DNA of 63,143 nucleotides, filler included, from Octopus bimaculoides (Eukaryota), in the NCBI RefSeq assembly GCF_001194135.2. It is 5 parts of 4 records of this genome, joined end to end, with 100 filler letters (N's around TTAATTAATTAA, not from the genome) between each part and the next. Parts side by side here need not be neighbours in the genome. Positions count along the whole stretch, not along the records: positions 24,886 to 56,358 come from NC_069010.1; positions 56,459 to 61,707 come from NC_068981.1; positions 61,808 to 63,143 come from NW_026427953.1; 2 more parts are not named here. One strand, written 5' to 3'. The translations under genes were made by a program, and so were the position numbers. Position 1 is the stretch's first letter, and each line of letters starts with the position of its first letter. Below are positions 52,021 to 63,143 of this stretch, piece by piece. The notes under the pieces are model-generated. The model searched no databases, was not told where the DNA came from, and saw nothing but the letters and a program-made list of their open reading frames with translations.

Positions 52021-52220
52021 AAAGATGTAGTAGTTTGCGAGATATTGTTGGGGACTGAAGTTAATAGACGGCGTTCACAATTTACAATTCCATTCTGATA
52101 GCAAATACATATGGTGCATGCACCTGGCACAACTTGTTGCCCGAAAACCAATCTCGTATACAGTATGAACACAAAAGTCCATTGAACTAACATAATTTGA
52201 CGGAACATATTTTCAGGCAT
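52021..52220 (-). CDS. aGPCR exon: start, signal peptide and LRR N-terminal cap (MPENMFRQIMLVQWTFVFILYTRLVFG/QQVVPGACTICICYQNGIVNCERRLLTSVPNNISQTTTS-L)
   Basis: Hydrophobic stretch ending VFG-QQ; 4-Cys LRRNT pattern; acceptor ttctgttacAG just upstream (exon starts 52224); donor TT|gtaagt, phase 2. The start codon could be any of three ATGs (52220, 52208, 52193). Confidence 0.85.
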
Positions 52221-52489
52221 AAATCTGTAACAGAAGAAAATAGAAATTATCAGAGGCTTCAATGTTATTACTTTCATGCTGCAGATTCTTCGAAGGAATT
52301 AAAGTTCACCCCTGTTCCATGTGACGAATATGGTTTTATTTTCATAATTTGATATTTAAAGTTACAAAATTAAGTTTCGAGAAATGTTTGTGAACAACTT
52401 TATTTGAGATTATAGCTTTAATGGGTGATAATTTCAAATAAAACTGGACATCAAACACACACTCACACACAGACACTCACAAACACATT

Positions 52490-52528
<39 letters not shown>

Positions 52529-52765
52529 CTCTACACATTCCCATGCAGTAACCAAACTTGGTGGATCTACTGTAAATTTAACGAATCATACGTTTCCAGA
52601 CCCTAAATTTGTGGTGCCTCTAATCCCGACTGGGCTGCTAAATCTGATGGGTCCCTTCCAGCAACTTTATTGTAACGAATGAGTTTTCTTTTTTTTTTTC
52701 TCCAGCTAAGGCTTAGAGACGTTCATACAAATTATATTTGTATATATACATATACATACATAATA

Positions 52766-52818
<53 letters not shown>

Positions 52819-53614
52819 ACAAACTGGCTTTTGGGAGTGGCTAGTAGGTATGTATTTGTGTATATGTGTGTGTGTATGTATGAGTATGTTTGTATGTACA
52901 TGATTGCGTGTGTTGCAGTTTTGAATTCCTTCCTGCAGTTGAACTTAAAATGACCCCTGGCTATTAAAGACCCAACTACACACACGCACACATATCTGTT
53001 TTAGGTTTTGTACCCATTTGAACTGCGAACATACACAAGATAACGTGGTAAGTCTTATGTTCTGAAATTTAAATTCTGAATTTGTTTGAATAATAAAATT
53101 ACACCTCAGCTAAAATCACATCCTTTGGCTTTTGGAAAACAACCTTTTCTTTGTCTTTCTATATTTTTGTTAAGTTCGAGGGCTCAAGAAATATTTGTAT
53201 GCATACTCATACATATATACCTTCATATAAGTGTGTATATATATATATAAACAAATTTGTTTATAGTGACCAAATGTTTGTGTTTACGTAAGCTCACTCT
53301 CTCCATCGAATCCTCATTATCTTTACAAGTGCACGATGTGCCACCTATCGGATGACGAAATAATCGCAGGGCAACGCAAAATGAAGCGTTTTGCTCCCGA
53401 ACACATCATAAAGCCCGGTCCGAGAATCGAAACCACGATATATATTTATATATGCATAAACATATGTACGTATGTATGTATGTATATTTGAAACAATTTC
53501 CCACTATAGGAAACCGGATCTGATACTAAAAATATCTTATGTGGTTAGACGATTTAGCTTTTATTTTTCAGCATATTGGCAAAGAAATTTGTCTTCTTTT
53601 TGCCCTTTTTTATA

Positions 53615-53668
<54 letters not shown>

Positions 53669-54059
53669 NNNNNNNNNNNNNNNNNNNNNNNNNNNNNNNN
53701 NNNNNNNNNNNNNNNNNNNNNNNNNNNNNNNNNNNNNNNNNNNNNNNNNNNNNNNNNNNNNNNNNNNATATATATATATATATATATATATATATTGCCA
53801 GACTAACGTGGCAGTTGAAGGAAATAGGACAAATGCTGCTGTTGACCAGCTCCGAGAGGTGATCGCCTCCAGCTAGCTGACACACATTTCTGCGTCCATA
53901 ATAATCCCCTAAAAAAGAACAAACACAAAAAAAACAACAACAACGCGTGGCACATGTAAAGTATTAACAAACGCTCAGGGAAGGAAACAGAGAATGGATG
54001 TGATGGTGACCAGAGACCAAGCTTCTGAATGACTGAGAGAAAATAATGTCTCCTAGCCA

Positions 54060-54350
54060 GACAGGAGGTCGTGGAGGGGTAGTAGTAGTAGTATTGCTCT
54101 GTAAAAGCTTGGCTCTGCAGACTAGAACAATCTTTATTGATCCAGAAGGCAAGCTGGTCGTTCTCAACTTGACATCCAACGGCTAGGACCTCAGGTTGAT
54201 AGGCATCTATATGCCTTGTGCTACAAGGTAAACAAAACGATTTCTATCGACGCCTCGAGAACTTTATCGTCACGTCAAGGACATTAGTTGTATTAGGTTA
54301 CTTTAACGCTATTCTGAATGCACGCTTGGATAGCGTTAACTCGGCATATA
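54060..54350 (+). mobile_element. L1/Tx1-type apurinic endonuclease remnant
   Basis: DPEGKLVVLNL, LRLIGIY, FYRRLENFIVTSRTLVVLGYFNAIL (degenerate GDFN). Confidence 0.65.
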
Positions 54351-54963
54351 GGAAAGAAGCCTAAGCGAATAAGAACACAAGAGTTACGGAATGGCGTAGA
54401 TTAGATCCGTGCTACATATGTTTCTTAGCGAGCGGTAACTCAGAAGTAATAAAACTCCAGGTGAGGTGTATACCGCAGGGTACTCTTCAGGTCAAGGATA
54501 TCTTGATTAAACGAAAATTTAGATTGTCGCAAGTAGGTACATGTTACAGCATGGAAGATTCACACGGAATAATATCAATCATTAGATAATTCTCTTTCCA
54601 GTTGTACTTTAAAATTGTAACAGAAGACCAAATTTAAGACGTGAAAAATGTTTACCTTACCTTAAAGAAGGGTATTTCAGTTGGAAAAGTCTCTTATGTT
54701 ATTTCATGTTTGCTCTTCTCTGCGGGAATGAAGAAATCGTTTTCAGTTACTCAATCAAATACCTGTTTTCAGCCGGATGCAAGGTTTCTCAGTGTCTTAG
54801 AAATTTTTTATGGAAATGTATTTCCTTGTTCATTGTATCCCTTTCATTCTCCCACGATCTTACACTGCACCATTTCCGACTCACATATCTTTTGTTCAAT
54901 TTGTGAAGTATGTTGATTTATTTGTTTACTAATTGTAAATGTTGTTTGAAAAACTATCTACAT

Positions 54964-55139
54964 AGGCGCAAGAGTGGTTGTGTGGTAAGTAGCTTGCTTA
55001 CCAACCACATGGTTCCGGGTTCAGTCCCACTGCGTGGCACATTGGGCAAGTGTCTTCTACTATAGCCTCGGGCCAACCAAAGCCTTGTGAGTGGATTTGG
55101 TAGACGGAAACTGAAAGAAGCCTGTCGTATATATGTATG

Positions 55140-55178
<39 letters not shown>

Positions 55179-55384
55179 GTATGTGTGTATGTGTTTGTCC
55201 CCCCAACATCGCTTGACAACCGATGGTGGTGTGTTTACGTCCCCGTAACTTAGCGGTTCGGCAAAAAGCGACCGACAGAATAAGTACTAGGCTTACAAAG
55301 AATAAGTCCCGGGGTCGATTTACTCGACTAAAGGCGGTGCTCCAGCATGGCCACAGTCAAATGATTGAAACAAGTAAAAGAGTA
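54964..55384 (+). mobile_element. SINE family A, full length
   Basis: Head, internal (TA)n and gtaaaagagta tail. Confidence 0.9.
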
Positions 55385-56358
55385 CATGTGGTGTGTGTAT
55401 ATATATATACCCCTGTCCACAATATGCTTATACACTTTATTTTATCCTAAAGCCAGTCCGTCCTTAACTCTCCCCCTTCACTCTATCTCTCTTTCTATTT
55501 ATCTGCTTTTCTTTCCTTTTACAGCTTAATAGCCACCTCTGCTACCATTATATTATTGAATTTTGATATGTCCGCGTCTTTTTTTCTCTGGATGTTTACA
55601 ATATCAGGATTTGAACCCACATGGATCTACACAAGATTGCACCGAAGGACTTATGCAATTGTTTCTTCAGCATCGGTAAGTTGAACTATGAACTTTTATG
55701 CTTCCTTCTTTCTTCCCTCTCTTCATTTCCTTATCCCTTTACTCCCTTCCTCTATGTCGTCATTCCCTTGATATATATACCCTTCTCATTTCCCTATTTT
55801 CCCTATTTGTCTCTGATGACAGAATGTCCCCTACTCGGGGACATCCCAGAAACAACTGTAAGACTGAATTTTTCCCAATAATAATAATCTATATGACTTG
55901 AGATGTTTGCCTTGCCTTAATGTTTATTGTCTTTTTTAACAATTATATATATATATATATAAGGTTTTTAACTTTTAAATTTTCATATTTAAAAGAGACA
56001 GAGACTTCAAACTCGATATATCGATTTATTCACCACTCTATGTTAACATTTCTGTGCCAAACTTATCCAGTGACTGGTCCATTGGATTTTGACATTTGGC
56101 ACTTCTTCAGGAGTGGTTACCATCGGAACAAAATACGAAAAAACACATACATAACGATCATTAAATTCTTAAAATCCCGTTAGATTTCATCTTTCTGTTC
56201 TTATAGGGGAGATAACTCCTTAATTTTCTATTTTTATTGCTCTCCTGTGAATTTCCACTAGATTAATTAATTTGTTTATTTCTTTTTACTATGCTATATT
56301 ACCCGTTCCTTTACCCGTATACATATGCATACATACACTTTACCCGTATACTTATCCA

Positions 56359-56458
56359 NNNNNNNNNNNNNNNNNNNNNNNNNNNNNNNNNNNNNNNNNN
56401 NNTTAATTAATTAANNNNNNNNNNNNNNNNNNNNNNNNNNNNNNNNNNNNNNNNNNNN
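56359..56458. other. Artificial scaffold spacer
   Basis: N-run + TTAATTAATTAA + N-run. Confidence 0.95.
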
Positions 56459-56971
56459 ATATATATGTATATACATACATATATATACATATATACACAC
56501 ACATATATGTATATATAAACCTAAAACAAACAAGAATCTAACTGAAGAAAAGCGTTTGGTAAACTTTCTACATTGATCTATTCATACACATGATGTATAA
56601 AGAGTTGTGTAAAATTACTATAAAAAATATGAAAAAATAAATAACATGATACGTTGTAAATATCCAAGTAGAAAATAAACATCTGAGAATAAATTGATAT
56701 AATAACAGAGGAATCAGAAAAAAAGAAAACACACATAAAAGATAAGTATAAGGACAAATAAAAAGAGGGGAAAAATTTTAATAAAACAACAAAGAAAAAG
56801 CAACTAGTAGGAAACGAAACGAAAAATATAACTCCTACTCCCGTTCCTTCTTCCCCACTTCTCTTTCTTNNNNNNNNNNNNNNNNNNNNNNNNNNNNNNN
56901 NNNNNNNNNNNNNNNNNNNNNNNNNNNNNNNNNNNNNNNNNNNNNNNNNNNNNNNNNNNNNNNNNNNNNNN

Positions 56972-57003
<32 letters not shown>

Positions 57004-57489
57004 GCTGTCTCCTTGTTTGTGTCTTCAAATTTTTTGGTAAATTTTTACATTGAATAGATTTCATTTCCTTATTCTTTTATTCACTAATTCACGCATTCAT
57101 CCATTCGTTTATTCATTTAATTCATTTTAATATTTTGCTTGTTACAGCCACTGGGTTGCGGCCATGCTATAGCATTGCCTTGGACGGTTTTAGTCGATCA
57201 TATCGACATCTAGTACATTATAAAAAAAATCAAAAAAATCTGGCGCTCAATTTAGCGATATCTGTTTGTCGCATCACTAGATTATGGGCCAAAAACGCCG
57301 ACGACGTTTTACAAGATGTGTCAATGTAAAGATAGACACATACAAACATTCACATATATATATATATATGAAGGGCAGCCTTTCTTGAAGTCGTTACCGC
57401 TACCTCATATCACACTTTGAAGAGTATGCGTTTGGAAATTGCGACAAAATACTTTATAAACAAAAGAGGCAGTAAAAATTACTGGCCCT

Positions 57490-58760
57490 CAAGATGAAGG
57501 CAAAAATATCGATTCTGTAACGTTTCTGTGGAAGATATACATGTCATCAGCGGCTGCTCAAAAATGTCATCAACGTATTACAATGCAATATGGCGTTATC
57601 TTTAAAAACAATATGCAATGCGATCCGAAAGAAAGACTCTGAGATAAATATAGAGAAATTCCTGTTATTGAATACATACGAGGCGTGTTCATAAAAGATT
57701 TCCCCTGACCCACTTCCAGTTATTGCAGGAAAAGGAACTTGTACAGGTATAATTATACATGGCTCTACATGTCACATTGTAAATTGCAGCTTTCCACTAG
57801 TATTCGTTTGTTTGTTACTGCTGCTGTTATAATAGGTGTTATAATACAGGCAGATGAATGCAGATCAGTGATCGGGTTCTTATACTTGAAAGGGCGTACA
57901 CCAAAAGAGACTTTCGATGAGATGAAAGAATTTTATGGTGACGATGCACCATCATACGACGTAGTCAAGTACTGGCATCACCAGTTAAAATGTGGTCGGA
58001 CATCGGTGGAAACTGCACCTATTCCTGGACCACCATATTCCGCCATTGATTACAACACCATCCATGAAGCAATGGAAGCACAACTCACCACCTCCAAAGA
58101 AGGCTCGTGTCCAACCCTCAACAGGCAAGATGATGCTCACTGTCTTTTGGGACCAGCACAGAGTAGTGATGATGGATTTTCTGGCAAAGGGCACCACAAT
58201 CAACGAGGAATATTATGCTTCTTTGCTGCAGAAATTGCCGGAAGTCAACAAAGCAGAGAGGCGCTTCCTCCAAGCCAACGCCCCAGTTCATAATGCGCAT
58301 GTTGCCCAGATGAAAGCACACTCTTGCGGCTATGAAATCCTTTCTCATCCCCCTTACTCTCCCGACCTCACATCATCTGACTTTCACCTCTTTCCAACTA
58401 TGAAGTCTTTTTTGAATGGGGAGCACTTTTTGGATGATGTGGAACTTATTTCCGAGGTAAAGTCTTGGCTCCCGATGCAACCTACCGACTTTTACAGACG
58501 AGGTCTTCACAGCTGCATAAAGTAATGGGAGAAGTATTGGCTATATAGAGAAGGACTACTAATTATGTCAAGTTTCGTTCCTCCCAGTTCTTGGGAAGTG
58601 GGTCAGGGGAAATATTTAATGAACACTCCTCGTACATAAACAAGGAATATTGGTTGAACATTCCCATCAAAACTTCTACCAACTGCAAGCATAAAAGGCC
58701 AGATATCGTTGTTTGGGACAAACACAAACAAAGTATATATTAATTACTGGTTGGGACACC
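57490..58760 (+). mobile_element. R4/Dong-like retrotransposon CCHC and REL fragment split by the mariner
   Basis: Left: RFCNVSVEDIHVISGCSKMSSTYY...YREIPVIEYI. Right: HKQG then, after a frameshift, EYWLNIPIKTSTNCKHKRPDIVVWDK. Confidence 0.7.
57679..58632 (+). mobile_element. Internally deleted mariner element (954 bp) with TIRs of about 40 bp and TA target-site duplication
   Basis: Left end TA|CGAGGCGTGTTCATAAAAGATTTCCCCTGACCCACTTCC; right end GGAAGTGGGTCAGGGGAAATATTTAATGAACACTCCTCG|TA. N-terminal HTH (RSVIGFLYLKG...SYDVVKYW) is fused to GKMMLTVFWD...HPPYSPDLTSSDFHLF. Confidence 0.95.
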
Positions 58761-58897
58761 GTATTTCGTTTTGTAACCATAATATACTACCAATTATATT
58801 CTAGGTTTATAAGTCAATACTGTGTCCTATTTTGTGTTAGCAGTGCGTTATTGTCATTTTTTAAAGTGTATATTTACTGGTTAGAATTTAGAGTCAC

Positions 58898-59076
58898 CAT
58901 TGTTTACATAGACGTATTCGTATACGAAACATCGTGACTTTCAGTACTGGCTCTAAATTCTATAGAAAATCTGTAAGGATGCACTTAAAAAAAAGAAAAA
59001 GAACGATCGCATTGTTTACATAGACGTATTCATATACGAAACGTCGTAACTTTCGATGCTGGCTCTAACTTCTATA
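58898..59076. repeat. Local direct duplication of about 67 bp
   Basis: cattgtttacatagacgtattc.tatacgaaac.tcgt.actttc...ctggctctaa.ttctata occurs twice. Confidence 0.85.
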
Positions 59077-60222
59077 CTTTTAAGAAAAGAAAAAGTATGT
59101 ACCATCATCGAGACGTGAATATCTCTCGAAAATCATAACGGAAGGGAATAACTATAGACAACTGCTTGGAAACCTTCATCTTCTATATCCAGATAATAAA
59201 TTCACGTTTATACCAATCATAATTGAAGCAACTGGTTTTGTGAGTAAATGCTTAAGTGGTAACCTAGAAAAACCAGGGTTTTCTGAAGAAAAAAAATCAA
59301 CTGGCTAACAAGCATATTATATATACAGTCTGTTAGGTATCGCATATTTGATGACATTTCTGCTGCCTTCTATACGGTCGATTACCTCAAGTACGTTTAT
59401 TCATAACATTAAAGTAATCAATTCAACGGAAAGGATACCAATTTACAAAACGCATGGCGGCTACGTGTTGTATGAACTTCTAGAGGGCGACATTCCAACT
59501 GTTGACCATTAACCCCCTTCAACTGGGAATAACCTATCGCTCAAACGGTTCTCTTCTTGGAAACGCTGAAATTGTCCAACTCAGTCTCTTCCTATACGTT
59601 TATCTGTGTGCTTCATTCTATTGCTTCATTCAAAAGTGTATGGTTCTAATTTGCGCTGGGATGAGGAGTAAGGTGTTGAAATCAGAAGAGCATTGCGCGA
59701 ACGCGGTAGCCGAGGTAGGGCTCAAAAAATTTTCTCAAGTGTAAGGTATCATCTTTCTGCAGTTGAATGGTAATGTATTAAGACCCGTGAACCACCGGGT
59801 ACTACTGCTAGTATATATATATATATATATATATATATNNNNNNNNNNNNNNNNNNNNNNNNNNNNNNNNNNNNNNNNNNNNNNNNNNNNNNNNNNNNNN
59901 NNNNNNNNNNNNNNNNNNNNNNNNNNNNNNNNNNNNNNNNNNNNNNNNNNNNNNNNNNNNNNNNNNNNNNNNNNNNNNNNNNNNNNNNNNNNNNNNNNNN
60001 NNNNNNNNNNNNNNNNNNNNNNNNNNNNNNNNNNNNNNNNNNNNNNNNNNNNNNNNNNNNNNNNNNNNNNNNNNNNNNNNNNNNNNNNNNNNNNNNNNNN
60101 NNNNNNNNNNNNNNNNNNNNNNNNNNNNNNNNNNNNNNNNNNNNNNNNNNNNNNNNNNNNNNNNNNNNNNNNNNNNNNNNNNNNNNNNNNNNNNNNNNNN
60201 NNNNNNNNNNNNNNNNNNNNNN

Positions 60223-60608
60223 CGTAGGAGTGGCTGTGTGGTAAGTAGCTTGCTGACCAACCACATGGTTCTGGGTTCAATCCCACTGCGTGGGCCGACC
60301 AAAGCCTTGTGAGTGGATTTGGTAGACGGAAACTGAAAGAAGCCCGTCGTATATATGTATGTATATATGTATGTGTGTGTGTATATGTTAGTGTGTCTAT
60401 GTTTGTCCCCCCAACGTCGCTTGACAACCGATGGTGGTGTGTTTACGTCCCCGTAACCTAGCGGTTCGGCAAAAGTGACCGGTAGAATAAGTACAAGGCT
60501 TCCAAGGAATAAGTCCTGGGGTCGACTTGATCGACTAAAGGCGGTGCTCCAGCATGGCCACAGTCAAATGACTGAAACAAGTAAAAGAGTAAAAGAGTAA
60601 AAAGAGTA
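60223..60608 (+). mobile_element. SINE family A, near full length
   Basis: Head to (GTAAAAGA)n tail. Confidence 0.9.
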
Positions 60609-61525
60609 ATATATATATAATTGAAAACGAAGAGGGGAGTGGAGATTTATTCATATCCAAAACATTTTATTCAAAAGGTTATTACACCGTATATAACAAT
60701 GACCAACATATGTTTCAATTGCAGCAACTGCACATTACTCTGTATGCAATTATGCGTCCCAGTTGCTGAAATTTCCTCATGGGTCCATCACTTACGGCGT
60801 TTCCAAAGTGAACTACTTCAAACATATGCATACACATATGATGGACTCTGCCGTCGAAGATGACGTATGAGTGTCCAGCTTTTGCCGAACGACCTGCACA
60901 AATGATTTGTTTATAGTGATCAAATGTTCGTGTCACACATTAACTCACTCCCTCCATCAAATCGACGTTGCTTGATCAGGTGCACTGTGTACCATGCGTC
61001 AGGTGTCGTAGTGATCGCAGAGTAACCTGAAATGAAGTGTTTTGCTCAAGAACACAACGCATCACCCGGTGTAGGAATTGAAACTACGATCTCGCAATCG
61101 TGAATGAAACACCCAAACCACTAGGCCACACACTTATCTAATTATACACATACATATATATGAATATATATGCGTATATACACACATACTTATACAAACA
61201 AGTATGCATTTGATTGGGCTGATCGTTTTACTATTGTAAGAAGAAGAACCTATTCCATATTTACTTATTTCGTGGCAATTATAATAAATTATATTCCAAA
61301 TGTAAAATACATTCTAATATATTTCCTATTTATTTTGGAGAAACAAAGATATTAAATTCTATTTGGATATACATACTTCAATCTGAATTGATGTCATCAA
61401 TATTATATTGAATTTTAACTATTTGGGGAAAATCATATAGTATATTTTAAATCATAAAGTATTGGTATTCAAATAGGGAGGTTTTTAAATCAGAAATGTA
61501 GAGAGAAAGGGAAAGGTAGTTTGTT

Positions 61526-61559
<34 letters not shown>

Positions 61560-61707
61560 CAGAGAGATAAATATATATACATATATATCGTTTTTTTTTT
61601 ATAGAAAAACAAATCCGAAGAAGAAGCACGCTCTAAGAAGTAGAGCAGTCTATATTAGTTACTGGTGAAGGCCGGTTTATAGGATTACCCTGGGTTTCTC
61701 GCCATAA

Positions 61708-61807
61708 NNNNNNNNNNNNNNNNNNNNNNNNNNNNNNNNNNNNNNNNNNNNTTAATTAATTAANNNNNNNNNNNNNNNNNNNNNNNNNNNNNNNNNNNNN
61801 NNNNNNN
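61708..61807. other. Artificial scaffold spacer
   Basis: N-run + TTAATTAATTAA + N-run. Confidence 0.95.
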
Positions 61808-63143
61808 TCTCTCTTTCTTTTCCCTAATTTTTTCTCGGGTCATACTAAGATGACTGTTATTTGACAGTGTTTTGTCTTGTTGGGGTCATCTGTACTTCAT
61901 TAGATGTTAGTGACAAACGCTTGTACAACACCTTTGCCACTCTCTAGGTCAAAATAGTATAATCCAGTGACAAGCGAGAGCAAGATGACTAGTACTAAGT
62001 TGACTGCAGGTTTTATATCAGCGTATCCTCTCCTAGGCTTTTCCTCAAAAGGAGACTGCAAGCCAGCAGTGGTAGATCAATTTGAATTCGGAGTTTTATT
62101 CTTCTATACTGGTTGTCCTAAACACGACCTCAAAAAACAAAAAAATAAGGTGCCCAGTCTGCTCCCACAGAAGTCATGGACCTGGTTTTATATCGGGTTG
62201 TCCTTCTCCTAGAAGAGTTGCCTTCACTTGGCTAATGGGCCTCATCTACCCCACATATTAAAAAAAAACAAAAAAAAATAAAAGAGAATATAATAAGTAC
62301 ATAGAAAATACATAGAAAAGTCAATATAAAAGATGTAGATATGAAATGAGAAAAGTAAATGCAATGGAGATACATATAAAATATAAAATATATATAAAAA
62401 CGATGTGTAAAAAACACACATAAATAAGATGTGTAAAACACATAAAGATACATAAAAAGTAAATATAAAAAAATATAAAAAATAAATATAAATATAAATA
62501 TATATGCATATATATTAATAACACCAAGAAAGAAATCGGAACAAGGCTAGTTTCACTTAAAAAATAATGCAAAAAAATATACATACAAGTTGTTTATTTT
62601 ATGGAGAGATAAACTATCTAGAATTGAATTATGCAATGAGTCCATCCCTTCTATCCAATATACAAAATAGAGAATCTATGTATTTAGAGAAATAAGAGTC
62701 GTCCAAAAGAAAGGAAAGGTGGAACAGATGAACCGGTATTAAAAAAAAAGGTTAAATTGATTCTTGGTTAGACGCCAGGCCTAAATTGTTTCCAAACTGA
62801 ATATACATTAATTAAGTTGATGTAATGACGAAAAAAACTGGTATTCATCGCCAATGTTTTGCCTATATGCTTCTTTTCTCCTCATTAGTATTCAAAAATG
62901 ATGGCGTCTTTTTCATCATATATTCTACAATTTCTGTTCATATATATATATGATTATATGTACGCACACAGAGAGATACACACACGCACGCACACAAGCA
63001 CGTATATACATACACACATATTTATATATATACCTATTATATATCTGTCTACCTATCTACAATTCAATCTTATACTCTCTCTCTCTCTATTTCCATATAT
63101 ATACATACACACACACACACACACAATATATATATGTATATAT

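Larger units (their letters stand above)
25383..52224 (-). other. Gene model (partial): adhesion GPCR-like receptor ectodomain, SP-LRRNT-LRR(n>=2)-[LRRCT not found]-LU/three-finger-SEA-like-HormR(partial)-GAIN(partial)
   Basis: 12 manually spliced exons with AG/GT ends. Junction phases match and give sensible split codons (TT|A Leu, CT|A Leu, G|GC Gly, GG|T Gly, G|GT Gly, AG|A Arg), except that the link from LRR2 (phase 2) to LU exon 1 (phase 1) needs a missing exon. Motifs: CxxCxC...VNC...LTSVP (LRRNT), LxLxxNxxxxIxxGxFxxLxNL (LRR), CCxxxxCN (LU), GIWQEPDMSEC (HormR), GAIN-type helices and SLPKSL. No GPS or 7TM exon found. Confidence 0.85.

Noticed and set aside
54661-54900. Candidate 5' UTR exon of the aGPCR (strong AAG|GTAAGG donor at 54661)
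   Set aside because: Plausible, since the first coding exon has an acceptor, but it cannot be distinguished from other donors without transcript data.

Overview
AT-rich, microsatellite-dense eukaryotic genomic DNA from a gapped short-read assembly. It is most likely coleoid cephalopod (Octopus-like), judged from the SINE families and repeat landscape; this is inference and was not searched. Four artificial 100-bp spacers (44 N + TTAATTAATTAA + 44 N) split the window into five blocks whose adjacency is unproven. Block 3 (24.9-56.4 kb) holds a multi-exon minus-strand gene. I reconstructed 12 exons with GT-AG ends, and junction phases match everywhere except between the second LRR exon and the first LU exon. 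It encodes an adhesion-GPCR-type ectodomain with an unusual domain order: signal peptide, LRRNT, at least 2 LRRs, a 12-Cys Ly6/uPAR (three-finger)-like module, a SEA-like module, a partial HormR and the N-terminal/central GAIN domain. The LRR C-cap and the first half of HormR were not found and may lie in N gaps. The GPS and 7TM exons are absent, and the model stops just before a scaffold spacer. The rest is transposon debris: HERO-like and R4/Dong-like REL retrotransposons, CR1, RTE, L1/Tx1, Gypsy, Penelope-like, mariner, Tc1, Chapaev-like, a Merlin-like foldback MITE, several tRNA-derived SINE families and microsatellites. No rRNA, true tRNA or CRISPR features were seen. Most long ORFs in the supplied track are N-gap or microsatellite artefacts.
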